Notes: generated from the sequence alone by a model not told the origin. DNA of 64,000 nucleotides from an uncultured Syntrophomonadaceae bacterium (GCA_964627855.1 CAZVLE010000047.1:29929-93928), one strand, 5' to 3'. Counted from the first letter of the stretch, positions 27,656 to 36,369 are shown. Numbers and translations: made by a program.

Positions 27656-28543
27656 TTGAACAGAATCATTGCTGCTGCTTTGCTTTTCATTTTTATCTTT
27701 TTGCTCTTTATTTTACTTTCCTGCTCTGATCATGACCTCAACCAGGCTGTGGATAACCAGGCTGTGGATCAAACCGAAGAAACACTTGGGCCTCCTCAGG
27801 AAAAAAGTGTCCAGGTCGAGCTGGATGAAACCATTCATCTACCAATAATTGGTATTTATTCAGGTGAAGGAAGCTGGCCGGAGAATGTTACTGCTTTTAA
27901 GAACTTCCTGGCCGAATACAATTTCCAATGGCAGGAGTTTAACAGTGACAGTATAAACTCAGATCACTTCTACGAGGAAGTTGATATGATTATATTCCCT
28001 GGTGGTTTTGCTGCAGAATATCGTCATGCCCTTAAAAATCATCAAAAAATACGCTCATTCGTTGAAAATGGCGGTTCATATGTTGGTATTTGTGCCGGCG
28101 CTTATTATGCCGCCACTATTTTTAATTGGCAGGGCACTGCCTATGAATATCCATTGAGTATTTTCCCCGGCACTGCCGCCGGACCATTAAATGGCGAACT
28201 TAACTGGGGCGATGCGGCAGCATTAATCATTAACAGTGATGCTGTTCCCAATCAAGGATTCCCTGATCAGATCGATGTCTATTATTTCGACGGACCATAT
28301 TTTACTGTGAATCCCGACAATGAAGAGTCTGTCGATATAATAGCCCGTTACGACTTAAATGATGAAGCTGCCGTTGTGGCAGGTTCATTCGGTACGGGGC
28401 GTTATTTGCTCCTGGGGCCACACCCGGAATTAGGCCGCTTTGACCCTGAAGCGCCCGGCTCAAACACCGACGGCGAAGATGGTGCACAGTGGCCATGGTT
28501 ATACTCCCTCCTGCTCTGGCTTCATGGCTCAACCCGGGGTTAG
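27656..28543 (+). CDS. Exported lipoprotein with a class-I glutamine-amidotransferase-like (BPL_N-type) fold
   Basis: A signal peptide with lipobox LLSCS, then IGIYSGEGSW...IIFPGGFA...GGSYVGICAGAYYA (a nucleophile-elbow-like Cys). The start is TTG after ACGGAGG. Confidence 0.5.
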   Translation: MNRIIAAALLFIFIFLLFILLSCSDHDLNQAVDNQAVDQTEETLGPPQEKSVQVELDETIHLPIIGIYSGEGSWPENVTAFKNFLAEYNFQWQEFNSDSINSDHFYEEVDMIIFPGGFAAEYRHALKNHQKIRSFVENGGSYVGICAGAYYAATIFNWQGTAYEYPLSIFPGTAAGPLNGELNWGDAAALIINSDAVPNQGFPDQIDVYYFDGPYFTVNPDNEESVDIIARYDLNDEAAVVAGSFGTGRYLLLGPHPELGRFDPEAPGSNTDGEDGAQWPWLYSLLLWLHGSTRG

Positions 28544-28572
28544 AATCAGGATGTGCTATAATGATTAAAGCT

Positions 28573-28725
28573 TAACTGCTTAGCTATAAGTTTAAGTGTA
28601 TGGTTGTTCCAAGTCGCTCGCGATGCCCATAAATTAGTAGAGTAGGAGCAGCTTAAGTGTATGGGCAGCGCTGGCACCTTGGAACGGGCAATCATCATTG
28701 TCATATTCCAGGCTGAGTAGTTACT
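28573..28725. repeat. Interspersed intergenic repeat, copy 2 (core inverted relative to copy 1)
   Basis: The arms align collinearly with 7714-7850. The core 28614-28677 matches the reverse complement of 7754-7812. It is bounded by GTTCCAAG (28606-28613) and CTTGGAAC (28678-28685). Confidence 0.6.
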
Positions 28726-28760
28726 TAAAGCAATCTTTTAGATAAGGATGGTGGTTCGTT

Positions 28761-30101
28761 CTGCGCCGTTTATTAGTTATCCTAATTGCCTTTCTCTTAA
28801 TTGTTGCCCTTGCCTTAGCCGTTCTTCAGGCTACTAATATAATGCCTCTTTTCAATTTGAACAGGGACTTAAGTGAAACGGTCCTTACCGTTGAAGATAA
28901 CACGCAAACCAGTGAAGAGTTTGTTGAAGCTACTGAACCCGAACCTGAACCCGAACCTGATCTGCGCACCATCAGGATGGCAGTTGTCGGCGACATAACA
29001 GCTCATGTGCCCCAGATTGATCAGGCTTTACTACCGGATGGTAGTTATGATTTCCGGCCCAGCTTTGAAATAATTGCTCCCTACCTGCAGGCAGCTGATC
29101 TGGCCGTGGGAGACCTCGAAACCTGCCAGGCCGGTCCGGACCTTCGTTCCATAGGCTGGGGTGTTACCGGTTACACCGGTTACCCGGAATTTAATGCTCC
29201 CGATGAATTCTCGGAAGCTTTAAAAGAAGCCGGTTTCGATGCCCTGACTTTTGCCAATAATCATACCCTGGATCGCGGTTACGACGGTGTTATCAGGACC
29301 CTGACCCACGTGCGCAGCCTTGGCCTTGAAACCTTTGGTGCTTATAAGAGCTGGGAAGAACGTAACAACCCCTTAATCATCGATGTTGACGGCCTAAAAA
29401 TTGCTTTTCTGGGCTATACCTATGGCACTAATGGTATTCCGGTTTTAGAAGGACATGAATATAGCGTTAACCTCATTACTGATTTCTACGATATTACACC
29501 GATTCTCGATGACATTCAGACAGCCCGTGCTAATGGTGCTGACCTGGTTGCAGTCTTCCCTCACTGGGGTGAAATGTACTTTTCTGAGCCGCAGCCGCAG
29601 CGCCTGCGTGATGTTGCCGCTGAAATGGCTGCTGCCGGAGCCGATCTCATCATGGGCGGTCATCCCCACTATATCCAACCCATCGAATGGTTCTTTAATC
29701 TAGATGAAGACGGCACCGAGAGATCTACACTGGCTGTTTACTCTCTCGGTAATTTTATTTCCAACCAGAACCGCCGTTTTGATCATATCCCTTCACCTTT
29801 TGTTGAATTCGGCCTGATGCTTGAAATTGAAATGATCAAAGATATGGATAACCAGAAGGCCTGGATCAGTGACGCCGACTATGAAATAACCTGGGTCAAC
29901 CTTGACTGGCGTCACCGCATTATTCCTCTGTCCGAACTTTTTGCCGGGTCTCCCGACGACTATCACGTTACTGAAGCCCAGGCAGAAGATCTTAAGATGT
30001 GGGATCAACGCAATCGAGAAGTTGTGGAATTTTACGGCCACACGCAGGATCTTGAAAAAGTAAGAACTATCTCGGAAGCGATGCAAAAGAATCTTAAATA
30101 A
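28761..30101 (+). CDS. CapA/PGA_cap-family metallophosphoesterase-like envelope protein
   Basis: ANNHTLDRGYDG, PHWGEMY, GGHPHYIQP and SLGNFISNQ are present. A signal-anchor (RRLLVILIAFLLIVALALAVL) is encoded in frame upstream of ATG 28842 with no ATG/GTG/TTG. CTG 28761 lies 6 nt after GGATGGTGG and is the proposed start; ATG 28842 is the conservative start. Confidence 0.75.
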   Translation: MRRLLVILIAFLLIVALALAVLQATNIMPLFNLNRDLSETVLTVEDNTQTSEEFVEATEPEPEPEPDLRTIRMAVVGDITAHVPQIDQALLPDGSYDFRPSFEIIAPYLQAADLAVGDLETCQAGPDLRSIGWGVTGYTGYPEFNAPDEFSEALKEAGFDALTFANNHTLDRGYDGVIRTLTHVRSLGLETFGAYKSWEERNNPLIIDVDGLKIAFLGYTYGTNGIPVLEGHEYSVNLITDFYDITPILDDIQTARANGADLVAVFPHWGEMYFSEPQPQRLRDVAAEMAAAGADLIMGGHPHYIQPIEWFFNLDEDGTERSTLAVYSLGNFISNQNRRFDHIPSPFVEFGLMLEIEMIKDMDNQKAWISDADYEITWVNLDWRHRIIPLSELFAGSPDDYHVTEAQAEDLKMWDQRNREVVEFYGHTQDLEKVRTISEAMQKNLK

Positions 30102-30142
30102 TTCCGGCAGCACGGTGACTCTTTTTTCAGGAGGAATCTGAC

Positions 30143-31369
30143 TTGAATATAGGTATTTTTACCGACAGTTATAGGCCCTATACTAGCGGTGTTGTGAGAT
30201 CTATTGAGCTTTTTTCCCGCGAATTTGTTTCCAGGGGACACAAAGTCTATATTTTTGGCCCCGACTATCCGCTCCTCCAACCTCCCAGGGAAGAGGGAGT
30301 ATTTCGTTTTATTTCCGTACCCTGGCCAACAAATCCGGATTTTTCACTACCTATTCCAATTTCTGCTCAATTAGGTTTGACTATGAAGAAGATTGATCTA
30401 GATATTGTTCATGTCCACTCCCCTTTCTTGCTTGGCAGTCTCGGTGCAAGAGCTGCCAGACGCTATAAATTACCGTTGCTATTTACTTTTCATACTCTTT
30501 ATGAGCAGTACGTTCATTATTTCCCCTTCGCTGAAAAAGCATCTAAACAGGTTGTCCAGGCTATAGCCCGTGATTTTTGTAACCGCTGCAATATGGTAGT
30601 GGCACCTTCCCAGCTGGTCGTCAACTACCTGCGAAGAATTGGTGTTGAATCTTCAGTTGTTACTATACCAACCGGCCTGGACCTTGAAGAATTCAGGCAG
30701 CTTAATACAAACTGGTTCGCGGAAAAGTATGCTATCAATAAATCGGATAGGATCCTGCTTTTCGTCGGTAGATTAGGCAAAGAAAAAAATGTGACCTTCC
30801 TGCTGAAAGCTTTTCAAAAGGTTCAGGAACATTTTCCGGAAACACATCTGGCCCTAGTAGGCAGCGGTCCGTTGGAGAATTATCTTCACAAACTTAGCAG
30901 GCAGCTGGAAATTGAGGATCGGGTTATTTTTACCGGGGTTTTGCCAAGACATGAAATTGTTCATTGTTATGCCAGCGCCGATCTCTTTGTTTTTCCCTCT
31001 GTAACAGATACACAGGGTCTTGTGATCGGCGAAGCAAAAGCGACCGGTTTGCCGGTTGTTGCTATTCGCGCTTTTGGGCCGGCAGAAATGGTCTTGCATG
31101 GTGAAGATGGTTTGTTGACCGATCCCTCCCTCCCCTCCTTCACAGAGGCTATCATTGAACTGCTTGCCGACAGGCAACTCTATGAACGAATGAGCAAACA
31201 GGCCCTTAAGAATGCTTCTCTCATATCATCTTCTCACTGTGCCGAGATGATGTTGCAGGTTTACGAAGATTTACTGGAAGAAAAGACTTGTGCCCCCTTA
31301 AAAAGGAAGCCATATCGTAAAAGTAGGAACAAGAATTTCAAGAGAAATAACAGTTCAATGCTGAGTTAA
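30143..31369 (+). CDS. Family 4 (GT-B) glycosyltransferase, diacylglycerol-glycosyltransferase-like
   Basis: N-terminus IGIFTDSYRPYTSGV and a C-terminal GT1/GT4 domain (VGRLGKEKN, FPSVTDTQGLVIGEA) with a basic tail. The start is TTG after CAGGAGGAA. Confidence 0.85.
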   Translation: MNIGIFTDSYRPYTSGVVRSIELFSREFVSRGHKVYIFGPDYPLLQPPREEGVFRFISVPWPTNPDFSLPIPISAQLGLTMKKIDLDIVHVHSPFLLGSLGARAARRYKLPLLFTFHTLYEQYVHYFPFAEKASKQVVQAIARDFCNRCNMVVAPSQLVVNYLRRIGVESSVVTIPTGLDLEEFRQLNTNWFAEKYAINKSDRILLFVGRLGKEKNVTFLLKAFQKVQEHFPETHLALVGSGPLENYLHKLSRQLEIEDRVIFTGVLPRHEIVHCYASADLFVFPSVTDTQGLVIGEAKATGLPVVAIRAFGPAEMVLHGEDGLLTDPSLPSFTEAIIELLADRQLYERMSKQALKNASLISSSHCAEMMLQVYEDLLEEKTCAPLKRKPYRKSRNKNFKRNNSSMLS

Positions 31370-31442
31370 TTACGCACCTTTATCAATAGGTTGATCCCTT
31401 CAAGGACAAACTAACAAGTTAAAATCTCTGAAAATGAATAGC

Positions 31443-31471
31443 TTGCTTAAGCCGGCGGGCTTGTTTATAAT
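31443..31471 (+). promoter_or_regulatory. Putative sigma-A promoter of tRNA-Gln
   Basis: TTGCTT (31443-31448) is separated by 17 nt from TATAAT (31466-31471). The tRNA starts 15 nt downstream. Confidence 0.5.
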
Positions 31472-31485
31472 ATTAACAGGTTAAA

Positions 31486-31559
31486 TGCGGGATGGTGTAG
31501 CGGTAGCACGGGTGACTCTGGATCACCAAGCCTAGGTTCGATCCCTAGTCCCGCAGCCA
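31486..31559 (+). tRNA. tRNA-Gln (anticodon CUG)
   Basis: Hand-folded cloverleaf: acceptor TGCGGGA/TCCCGCA with the U1-A72 pair typical of bacterial tRNA-Gln, anticodon stem GGTGA/TCACC with loop CTCTGGA, T-arm CTAGG-TTCGATC-CCTAG, discriminator G and an encoded CCA. Confidence 0.9.
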
Positions 31560-31586
31560 AAATTGACACTACAGGAGGATAAAAAG

Positions 31587-31817
31587 ATGGTCTCAGCATA
31601 TGTTTTTATGAAATTTGGTGCCGGCGCCCCGGTGGAAATCATCGCCGCAATTCGCAATATTCCCGGAGTAAAGCAGGCTCACGTGGTTACAGGGCCTGAT
31701 GATGTTATCGCTTATGTTGAGGCAGAAAGTAAGGAAGACCTTGAAAAAATTATCATGTCGATGCGAAAAGTTGCTGTAGTAACCAGCAGCGACACCCGCA
31801 TAACCTGGTCTCTGTAA
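31587..31817 (+). CDS. Stand-alone Lrp/AsnC-type ligand-binding (RAM) domain protein
   Basis: 76 aa with the pattern AYVFMKF...IPGVKQAHVVTGPDDVIAYVEAES..L. ATG 31587 lies 7 nt after ACAGGAGGA. Confidence 0.6.
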   Translation: MVSAYVFMKFGAGAPVEIIAAIRNIPGVKQAHVVTGPDDVIAYVEAESKEDLEKIIMSMRKVAVVTSSDTRITWSL

Positions 31818-31877
31818 AAACCCCTAAAGCTAGTTCAAGAAATATCTTTAGGATCTTTTAACAAGGAGTGTCTTTTT

Positions 31878-31979
31878 TTGTTTAACCTGATTATCGGGAT
31901 TGTTTTTATTGCTATATTTTTTATCCTTTTTTTCTTTTTAAAAAGCGGCTACGACAAGAATAAAGAAAAAGAAAAATAA
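31878..31979 (+). CDS. Possible 33-aa membrane peptide
   Basis: A TTG start lies 9 nt after AAGGAG. The translation is FNLIIGIVFIAIFFILFFFL followed by KSGYDKNKEKEK. It is too short for the ORF track and there is no homology evidence. Confidence 0.25.
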   Translation: MFNLIIGIVFIAIFFILFFFLKSGYDKNKEKEK

Positions 31980-32021
31980 GCAAGCTCAATTACGAATAGT
32001 TAACTTAAAAGGGCACCTTTA

Positions 32022-33464
32022 CTACTGGTTTTCTATGTACTCAGCTGCCCTTGCCAGTCTTTCAACCGTTCTTTCCCGGCCCAGTAAGGTCATTATCGCA
32101 AGAACTCCCGGACCACCCGTTCTTCCGGTTATCGCGAGCCGGACAGGGTTGACCAGCTTGCCAAAGGAGAGTTCCATTTCTTCGGCCAGCTTATTAATTG
32201 CTTCTTCTGCAGATTCACCGTTAAAGTCCTCAAGAGCTTTTAAATCGTTCGCAATTCTACGCAAAAGTCCGGCTGTTTGTTCATTTTTAAAATGTTTCCT
32301 GGTTCCTTTTTCATCATAATCAAATTGGTCCTTGAAAAAGTAAGTAGAAATCTCTGCCAGCTCAACTAAAGTCCTTGCCCTTTCCCTTACAATCTCTAGA
32401 ACCTCGCGATAATAGGTGTAATCTTCTGCTTCCCCTTCGCCGGCTATAAGTCCCTCTTTGACAAAAAAAGGTCTGGCTGCCGCGGCCAGCTTCTCAAGAT
32501 CATACTCGCGAATGTAGTGACTGTTAAGCCAGGTTAGCTTGTCAGTATCATAAATCGCTGCAGTCTTGTTGACCCTATGCAAGCTGAAACTAGAGGCTAC
32601 CTCTTCTAACGAGAATATCTCCAAATCGTTACCCGGTGACCAACCTAGCAAAGCCATATAATTAAGTAGCGCTTCGGGCAGAAAGCCTTGGTCTCGAAAT
32701 TCTTCAACGGAAGTGGCACCATGACGCTTACTTAACTTGCTGCGATCGGGAGCAAGAATCATGGGAACATGGGCAAAACGGGGTAAATCATAACCCAGGG
32801 CCCGGGCACAAAGAATCTGACGGGGGGTGTTTGAAAGATGCTCCTCGGCCCGTATTACATCGGTAATCTGCAGATCGTGATCATCGATCATACTGGCAAA
32901 ATTATAGGTAGGCAAGCCATTCGATTTCATGATGATAAAATCATCAAGCCCGCTATTGTCAAATGATACCTTATCCCTGACCAGGTCATCTACTACTGTA
33001 AACCCCTGATCGGGTGTGATTAACCTGATCACGTAGCTATGCTCTGCATATCTTGAATCTGCTTTACCGCAACTGGATACGCGGCGGCAGGTACCGGGAT
33101 AAAGGTAAGGCCTGTTTTCCTTCCTGGCCTTCTCCCTCCCTTCTGCAAGTTCTTCTATACTGCAGTAACAGCGGTAAGCTTTATTCTCCTGAAGGAGTCT
33201 TTCTGATTCCCTGCGATATAAATCGAGCCTTTTTGACTGGTAATAAGGGCCCTCGTCCCAATCCAGACCCAGCCATTGTAAAGACTGAATTAGTTTGTCA
33301 CTGTATTCTTCCTGCGAACGTTCCAGGTCAGTATCATCGATGCGCAGAATTAACTTTCCACCAGCAGAACGGATATAGAGATAATTGAAAAGGGCCGTTC
33401 TGGCCCCTCCTATGTGCAACTCACCGGTCGGACTGGGAGCGAATCTAACCCTTGGATCCGACAA
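32022..33464 (-). CDS. gltX: Glutamyl-tRNA synthetase
   Basis: FAPSPTGELHIGGARTALFNY (HIGH motif) and KLSKRHG (KMSKS motif). The TTG start lies 5 nt after GAGGTG. Confidence 0.93.
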   Translation of the reverse strand: MSDPRVRFAPSPTGELHIGGARTALFNYLYIRSAGGKLILRIDDTDLERSQEEYSDKLIQSLQWLGLDWDEGPYYQSKRLDLYRRESERLLQENKAYRCYCSIEELAEGREKARKENRPYLYPGTCRRVSSCGKADSRYAEHSYVIRLITPDQGFTVVDDLVRDKVSFDNSGLDDFIIMKSNGLPTYNFASMIDDHDLQITDVIRAEEHLSNTPRQILCARALGYDLPRFAHVPMILAPDRSKLSKRHGATSVEEFRDQGFLPEALLNYMALLGWSPGNDLEIFSLEEVASSFSLHRVNKTAAIYDTDKLTWLNSHYIREYDLEKLAAAARPFFVKEGLIAGEGEAEDYTYYREVLEIVRERARTLVELAEISTYFFKDQFDYDEKGTRKHFKNEQTAGLLRRIANDLKALEDFNGESAEEAINKLAEEMELSFGKLVNPVRLAITGRTGGPGVLAIMTLLGRERTVERLARAAEYIENQ

Positions 33465-33484
33465 GATAACACCTCGCTTCTCTC

Positions 33485-34615
33485 TTAGTTAAGAATTGAC
33501 AGCAGGATGCCTGCCGCAACTGCTGATCCGATAACTCCAGCTACATTAGGACCCATTGCATGCATCAACAGATAATTATTGGGATTCTCTTCTTTACCAA
33601 CCGACTGAGAAACCCTCGCTGCCATGGGAACTGCCGATACACCGGCTGAGCCAATCAGAGGATTAATTTTTCCACCGGTAATAAGATAAAGCAGTTTGCC
33701 CATTAAAACTCCTGTTGCAGTGCCGAAAGCAAATGCAGCTAGGCCAAGCAATATAATTTTAATAGTTTCGGGAGTCAAAAAGTACGCTGCAGTTGCCTTG
33801 GCTCCCACGGTTAAACCAAGAAAAATTACGACTATGTTATTCAGTTCATTCTGAGCAGCTTTACTTAAGCGTTCTGTAACACCTGATTCTCTGATCAGAT
33901 TGCCAAACATGAGCATTCCGAGTAAAGGCAAGGCAGCCGGTAATAAAAGACCGGTGATTATAATTACTATGATCGGGAAGAGGATTTTTTCTTTTTTTGA
34001 GACCGGTCTTAGTTGCTCCATAATTACAAGACGTTCTTTCCTGCTGGTCAAAAGACGCATAATCGGTGGCTGAATAATCGGTACAAGCGCCATGTATGAA
34101 TAAGCGGCAACCGCTATAGAGCCCAGCAGTTCGGGCGCAAGGCGGCTGGCCAGGAATATTGCTGTCGGACCGTCAGCGCCGCCAATAATACCAATTGCTC
34201 CAGCCTGTGGTGCTGAAAACCCGAGAAATATGGCCCCTAAAAAAGTAAGGAAAATGCCAAATTGAGCGGCGGCTCCCAGCAGCAGTGTAATGGGGTTTGC
34301 AATTAGTGGTCCGAAGTCGGTCAATGCCCCTACGCCAAGAAAGATCAGCGGAGGATAGATACCAAGTTCAAGCCCGAGAGACAGGTAGTACAATAAACCA
34401 CCGAGTTCCTGTCCTGTTTCCGCCTGCATCAGGTTACCCAGAGGCAGATTAACCAGCAATATGCCAAAACTAATCGGCACCAATAGTAAAGGTTCATATT
34501 TTTTTACAATACCAAGGTAGAGAAGAATACAGGCTATCGTTATCATGATGATTTCAGGGTATTGAATGTGATAAAAACCTGTACTTTGGATGAACTCAAA
34601 TAACATATCCAGCAA
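33485..34615 (-). CDS. Na+-translocating decarboxylase beta subunit (OadB/MmdB/GcdB family)
   Basis: A 376-aa polytopic membrane protein with family-typical segments ([37 protein letters not shown]). Confidence 0.9.
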   Translation of the reverse strand: MLDMLFEFIQSTGFYHIQYPEIIMITIACILLYLGIVKKYEPLLLVPISFGILLVNLPLGNLMQAETGQELGGLLYYLSLGLELGIYPPLIFLGVGALTDFGPLIANPITLLLGAAAQFGIFLTFLGAIFLGFSAPQAGAIGIIGGADGPTAIFLASRLAPELLGSIAVAAYSYMALVPIIQPPIMRLLTSRKERLVIMEQLRPVSKKEKILFPIIVIIITGLLLPAALPLLGMLMFGNLIRESGVTERLSKAAQNELNNIVVIFLGLTVGAKATAAYFLTPETIKIILLGLAAFAFGTATGVLMGKLLYLITGGKINPLIGSAGVSAVPMAARVSQSVGKEENPNNYLLMHAMGPNVAGVIGSAVAAGILLSILN

Positions 34616-34652
34616 AGTGGAACATCTCCCTTTCTATCTTTTAATCGATAAT

Positions 34653-35066
34653 TCAGGATAAGGTAATCAAGGGGTCTCCACTATTGACAGTATCACCCTT
34701 TTTAACAAGGACCTCTGAAACGTTTCCAGACTGTGGTGCAGTCAATTCATTTTCCATTTTCATCGCTTCGAGCACCAGCAGGACATCGCCTTCATTAACA
34801 GTATCGCCTTCTTTAACTTTTACTTCAATTATGGAACCAGGCATCGGAGCTTTAACGCTAAAACCACCCCCGGAAGCAGGCCTGGGTTTATCTGCAGGTT
34901 CTTCTTTCCGCTTTTCAGAACCCTGGGTTTTTACCGGTGTTGGCGAGTAAACCTTTGCATTTGCCGTGCTGCCTGCAGCACTTGGCACCTTGTTTAAAGG
35001 TTCGGCCAACTCTTCTACTTTGACTGTGTATTCCTGACCGTCGACATTGACCTTAAAAATTTTCAC
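34653..35066 (-). CDS. Biotin carboxyl-carrier subunit of the decarboxylase (biotinyl domain)
   Basis: A C-terminal biotinyl domain with EAMKMENE and an Ala/Pro-rich linker. The GTG start at 35066 follows AGGAGGCAAAAG. Confidence 0.85.
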   Translation of the reverse strand: MKIFKVNVDGQEYTVKVEELAEPLNKVPSAAGSTANAKVYSPTPVKTQGSEKRKEEPADKPRPASGGGFSVKAPMPGSIIEVKVKEGDTVNEGDVLLVLEAMKMENELTAPQSGNVSEVLVKKGDTVNSGDPLITLS

Positions 35067-35445
35067 GTTGCTTTTGCCTCCTAATATTAGCCAGCTTAGC
35101 TGAATTATCCAGCAAAGCCTTTCGCCCACTTATTTTCCAATCATTGCCTCTTTTAAAAGTACTTTCGGCAGAGATACTAATAATACCCTGGTTTAATGCC
35201 GGTTTTTCATTAAGCAAATACTGATAAATTGCCGCAGAAATGGCAGCAACTATTTGTGGTTCTATTCCCGGAGCAATTAATTTAGTATTATTTGCTGGAA
35301 CTAATCTATTCATGGAAGGGTGTGGTTCTTCACTGTAAAATATACGATTAAAAATCAGCAGTATGCCGAAGAGTAAAAAGAGAATAAACACTACAACTAA
35401 AAACCCGACTACCATTACTTGAATGGCGAAATCTAAATTATTCAC
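35053..35445 (-). CDS. OadG-like small membrane subunit of the Na+-decarboxylase
   Basis: An N-terminal TM helix (VMVVGFLVVVFILFLLFGILLIF) and the IVAAISAAI motif. It overlaps the next gene's start by 14 nt. Confidence 0.7.
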   Translation of the reverse strand: MNNLDFAIQVMVVGFLVVVFILFLLFGILLIFNRIFYSEEPHPSMNRLVPANNTKLIAPGIEPQIVAAISAAIYQYLLNEKPALNQGIISISAESTFKRGNDWKISGRKALLDNSAKLANIRRQKQRENF

Positions 35446-35538
35446 AGGTTATCATATCCCTTCCAAAACAACATATAAATGATTCTATCACTTAATCCGA
35501 AGCATGAAAAGCTTCTTAAGCAGTTACTTTACAAAAAA

Positions 35539-36369
35539 TTAGCAGGTAAGTATTTTTATCTCTTTCATTTCTTCAAGATGTCGGTAGGGTAAAGCCATCT
35601 CCCGGAGAGGTCTGGCCATATTGTTTAGAGGACCATGAAAATCTGAACCCCCTGTGATCAGGAGGTTATTATCAAGAGCAAGTTTCTGATAATATTTAAG
35701 CTGAGTTGCGCTATGGTCTGGGTGGAAAGCTTCAATACCTTTTATCCCAAGCTTAAAAAGACTTTGCATTGATTTTATTTTACTTTTACCCGGATGGGCA
35801 ATGACAGGGACTGCTCTTGCCTCTCGCAAAATAGCCATAACTGCTTCGATCTCCATTAGATTACGCTGAGCATAGGCAGCCCTACCCTTGTTCAGGTAGA
35901 GTGAGAAGGCTTCATTAGTGGTGTGAACATATTTCTTTTTAAGCAAAACTCTGGCCAGGTGCAAACGGCCGGGAGCTGCTTCTTCTGCTTCAGCATAAAT
36001 ATCTTCTATTTTAAGTTTAAAACCACGCTTGATCAATTTTTCAACCATTATTTTCATCCTTGAGAATCTATCTTTTCTGAGCATGACAAGAAGATCATGA
36101 AGGGCCTGACTTTTTTCGGGATAGTAGCCAAGAAGATGAATTTCTTCACCATATTGAAGAGTGCTGATTTCAACGCCAGGGATGATTTCCAGATCATACT
36201 TTGCAGCTGCGCTGGTAGCTTCGCTCAATCCATCCATTGAATCATGATCAGTCAAACTAATAGCGGCAAGACCGGCTTCAGCGGCAATTGCAACTAGCTT
36301 GCCAGGTTTGTAAACCCCATCTGATATTTTGCTGTGCATGTGAAAATCAACTCTTTTTGGCTTATTCAT
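35539..36369 (-). CDS. PHP-domain phosphoesterase (TrpH/YciV-like)
   Basis: VDFHMHSKISDG, SLTDHDSMDG and GGSDFHG are present. The start is placed at ATG 36369 after GAGGAAAAGG. Confidence 0.8.
   Translation of the reverse strand: MNKPKRVDFHMHSKISDGVYKPGKLVAIAAEAGLAAISLTDHDSMDGLSEATSAAAKYDLEIIPGVEISTLQYGEEIHLLGYYPEKSQALHDLLVMLRKDRFSRMKIMVEKLIKRGFKLKIEDIYAEAEEAAPGRLHLARVLLKKKYVHTTNEAFSLYLNKGRAAYAQRNLMEIEAVMAILREARAVPVIAHPGKSKIKSMQSLFKLGIKGIEAFHPDHSATQLKYYQKLALDNNLLITGGSDFHGPLNNMARPLREMALPYRHLEEMKEIKILTC

Noticed and set aside
28671-28690. TGGCAC within the repeat core as a sigma-54 -24 element.
   Set aside because: There is no GC dinucleotide at the required -12 spacing (TGGCACCTTGGAAC), and no enhancer-binding protein gene is nearby.
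28546-28704. A 52-codon minus-strand ORF running through repeat copy 2. The conserved ATGACAAT(G/A)ATGATT start is also present in copies 1 and 3.
   Set aside because: The frame terminates after 17 codons in copy 1 and 11 codons in copy 3. The core it would read through is inverted between copies, so no conserved protein can be encoded.
7714-28725. The idea that the two full repeat copies are att-like borders of a 21-kb genomic island mobilised by the recombinase at 26488.
   Set aside because: The interval contains core genes (lexA, leuA). There are no phage, conjugation or IS functions. The recombinase is not at a border, and the repeat has a third partial copy elsewhere, so it is more likely a dispersed repeat family.
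31486-31559. tRNA-Gln as an integration site for a mobile element.
   Set aside because: No duplicated copy of the tRNA 3' half is visible in the window, and the only recombinase gene is 4 kb away on the 5' side with ordinary envelope genes in between.
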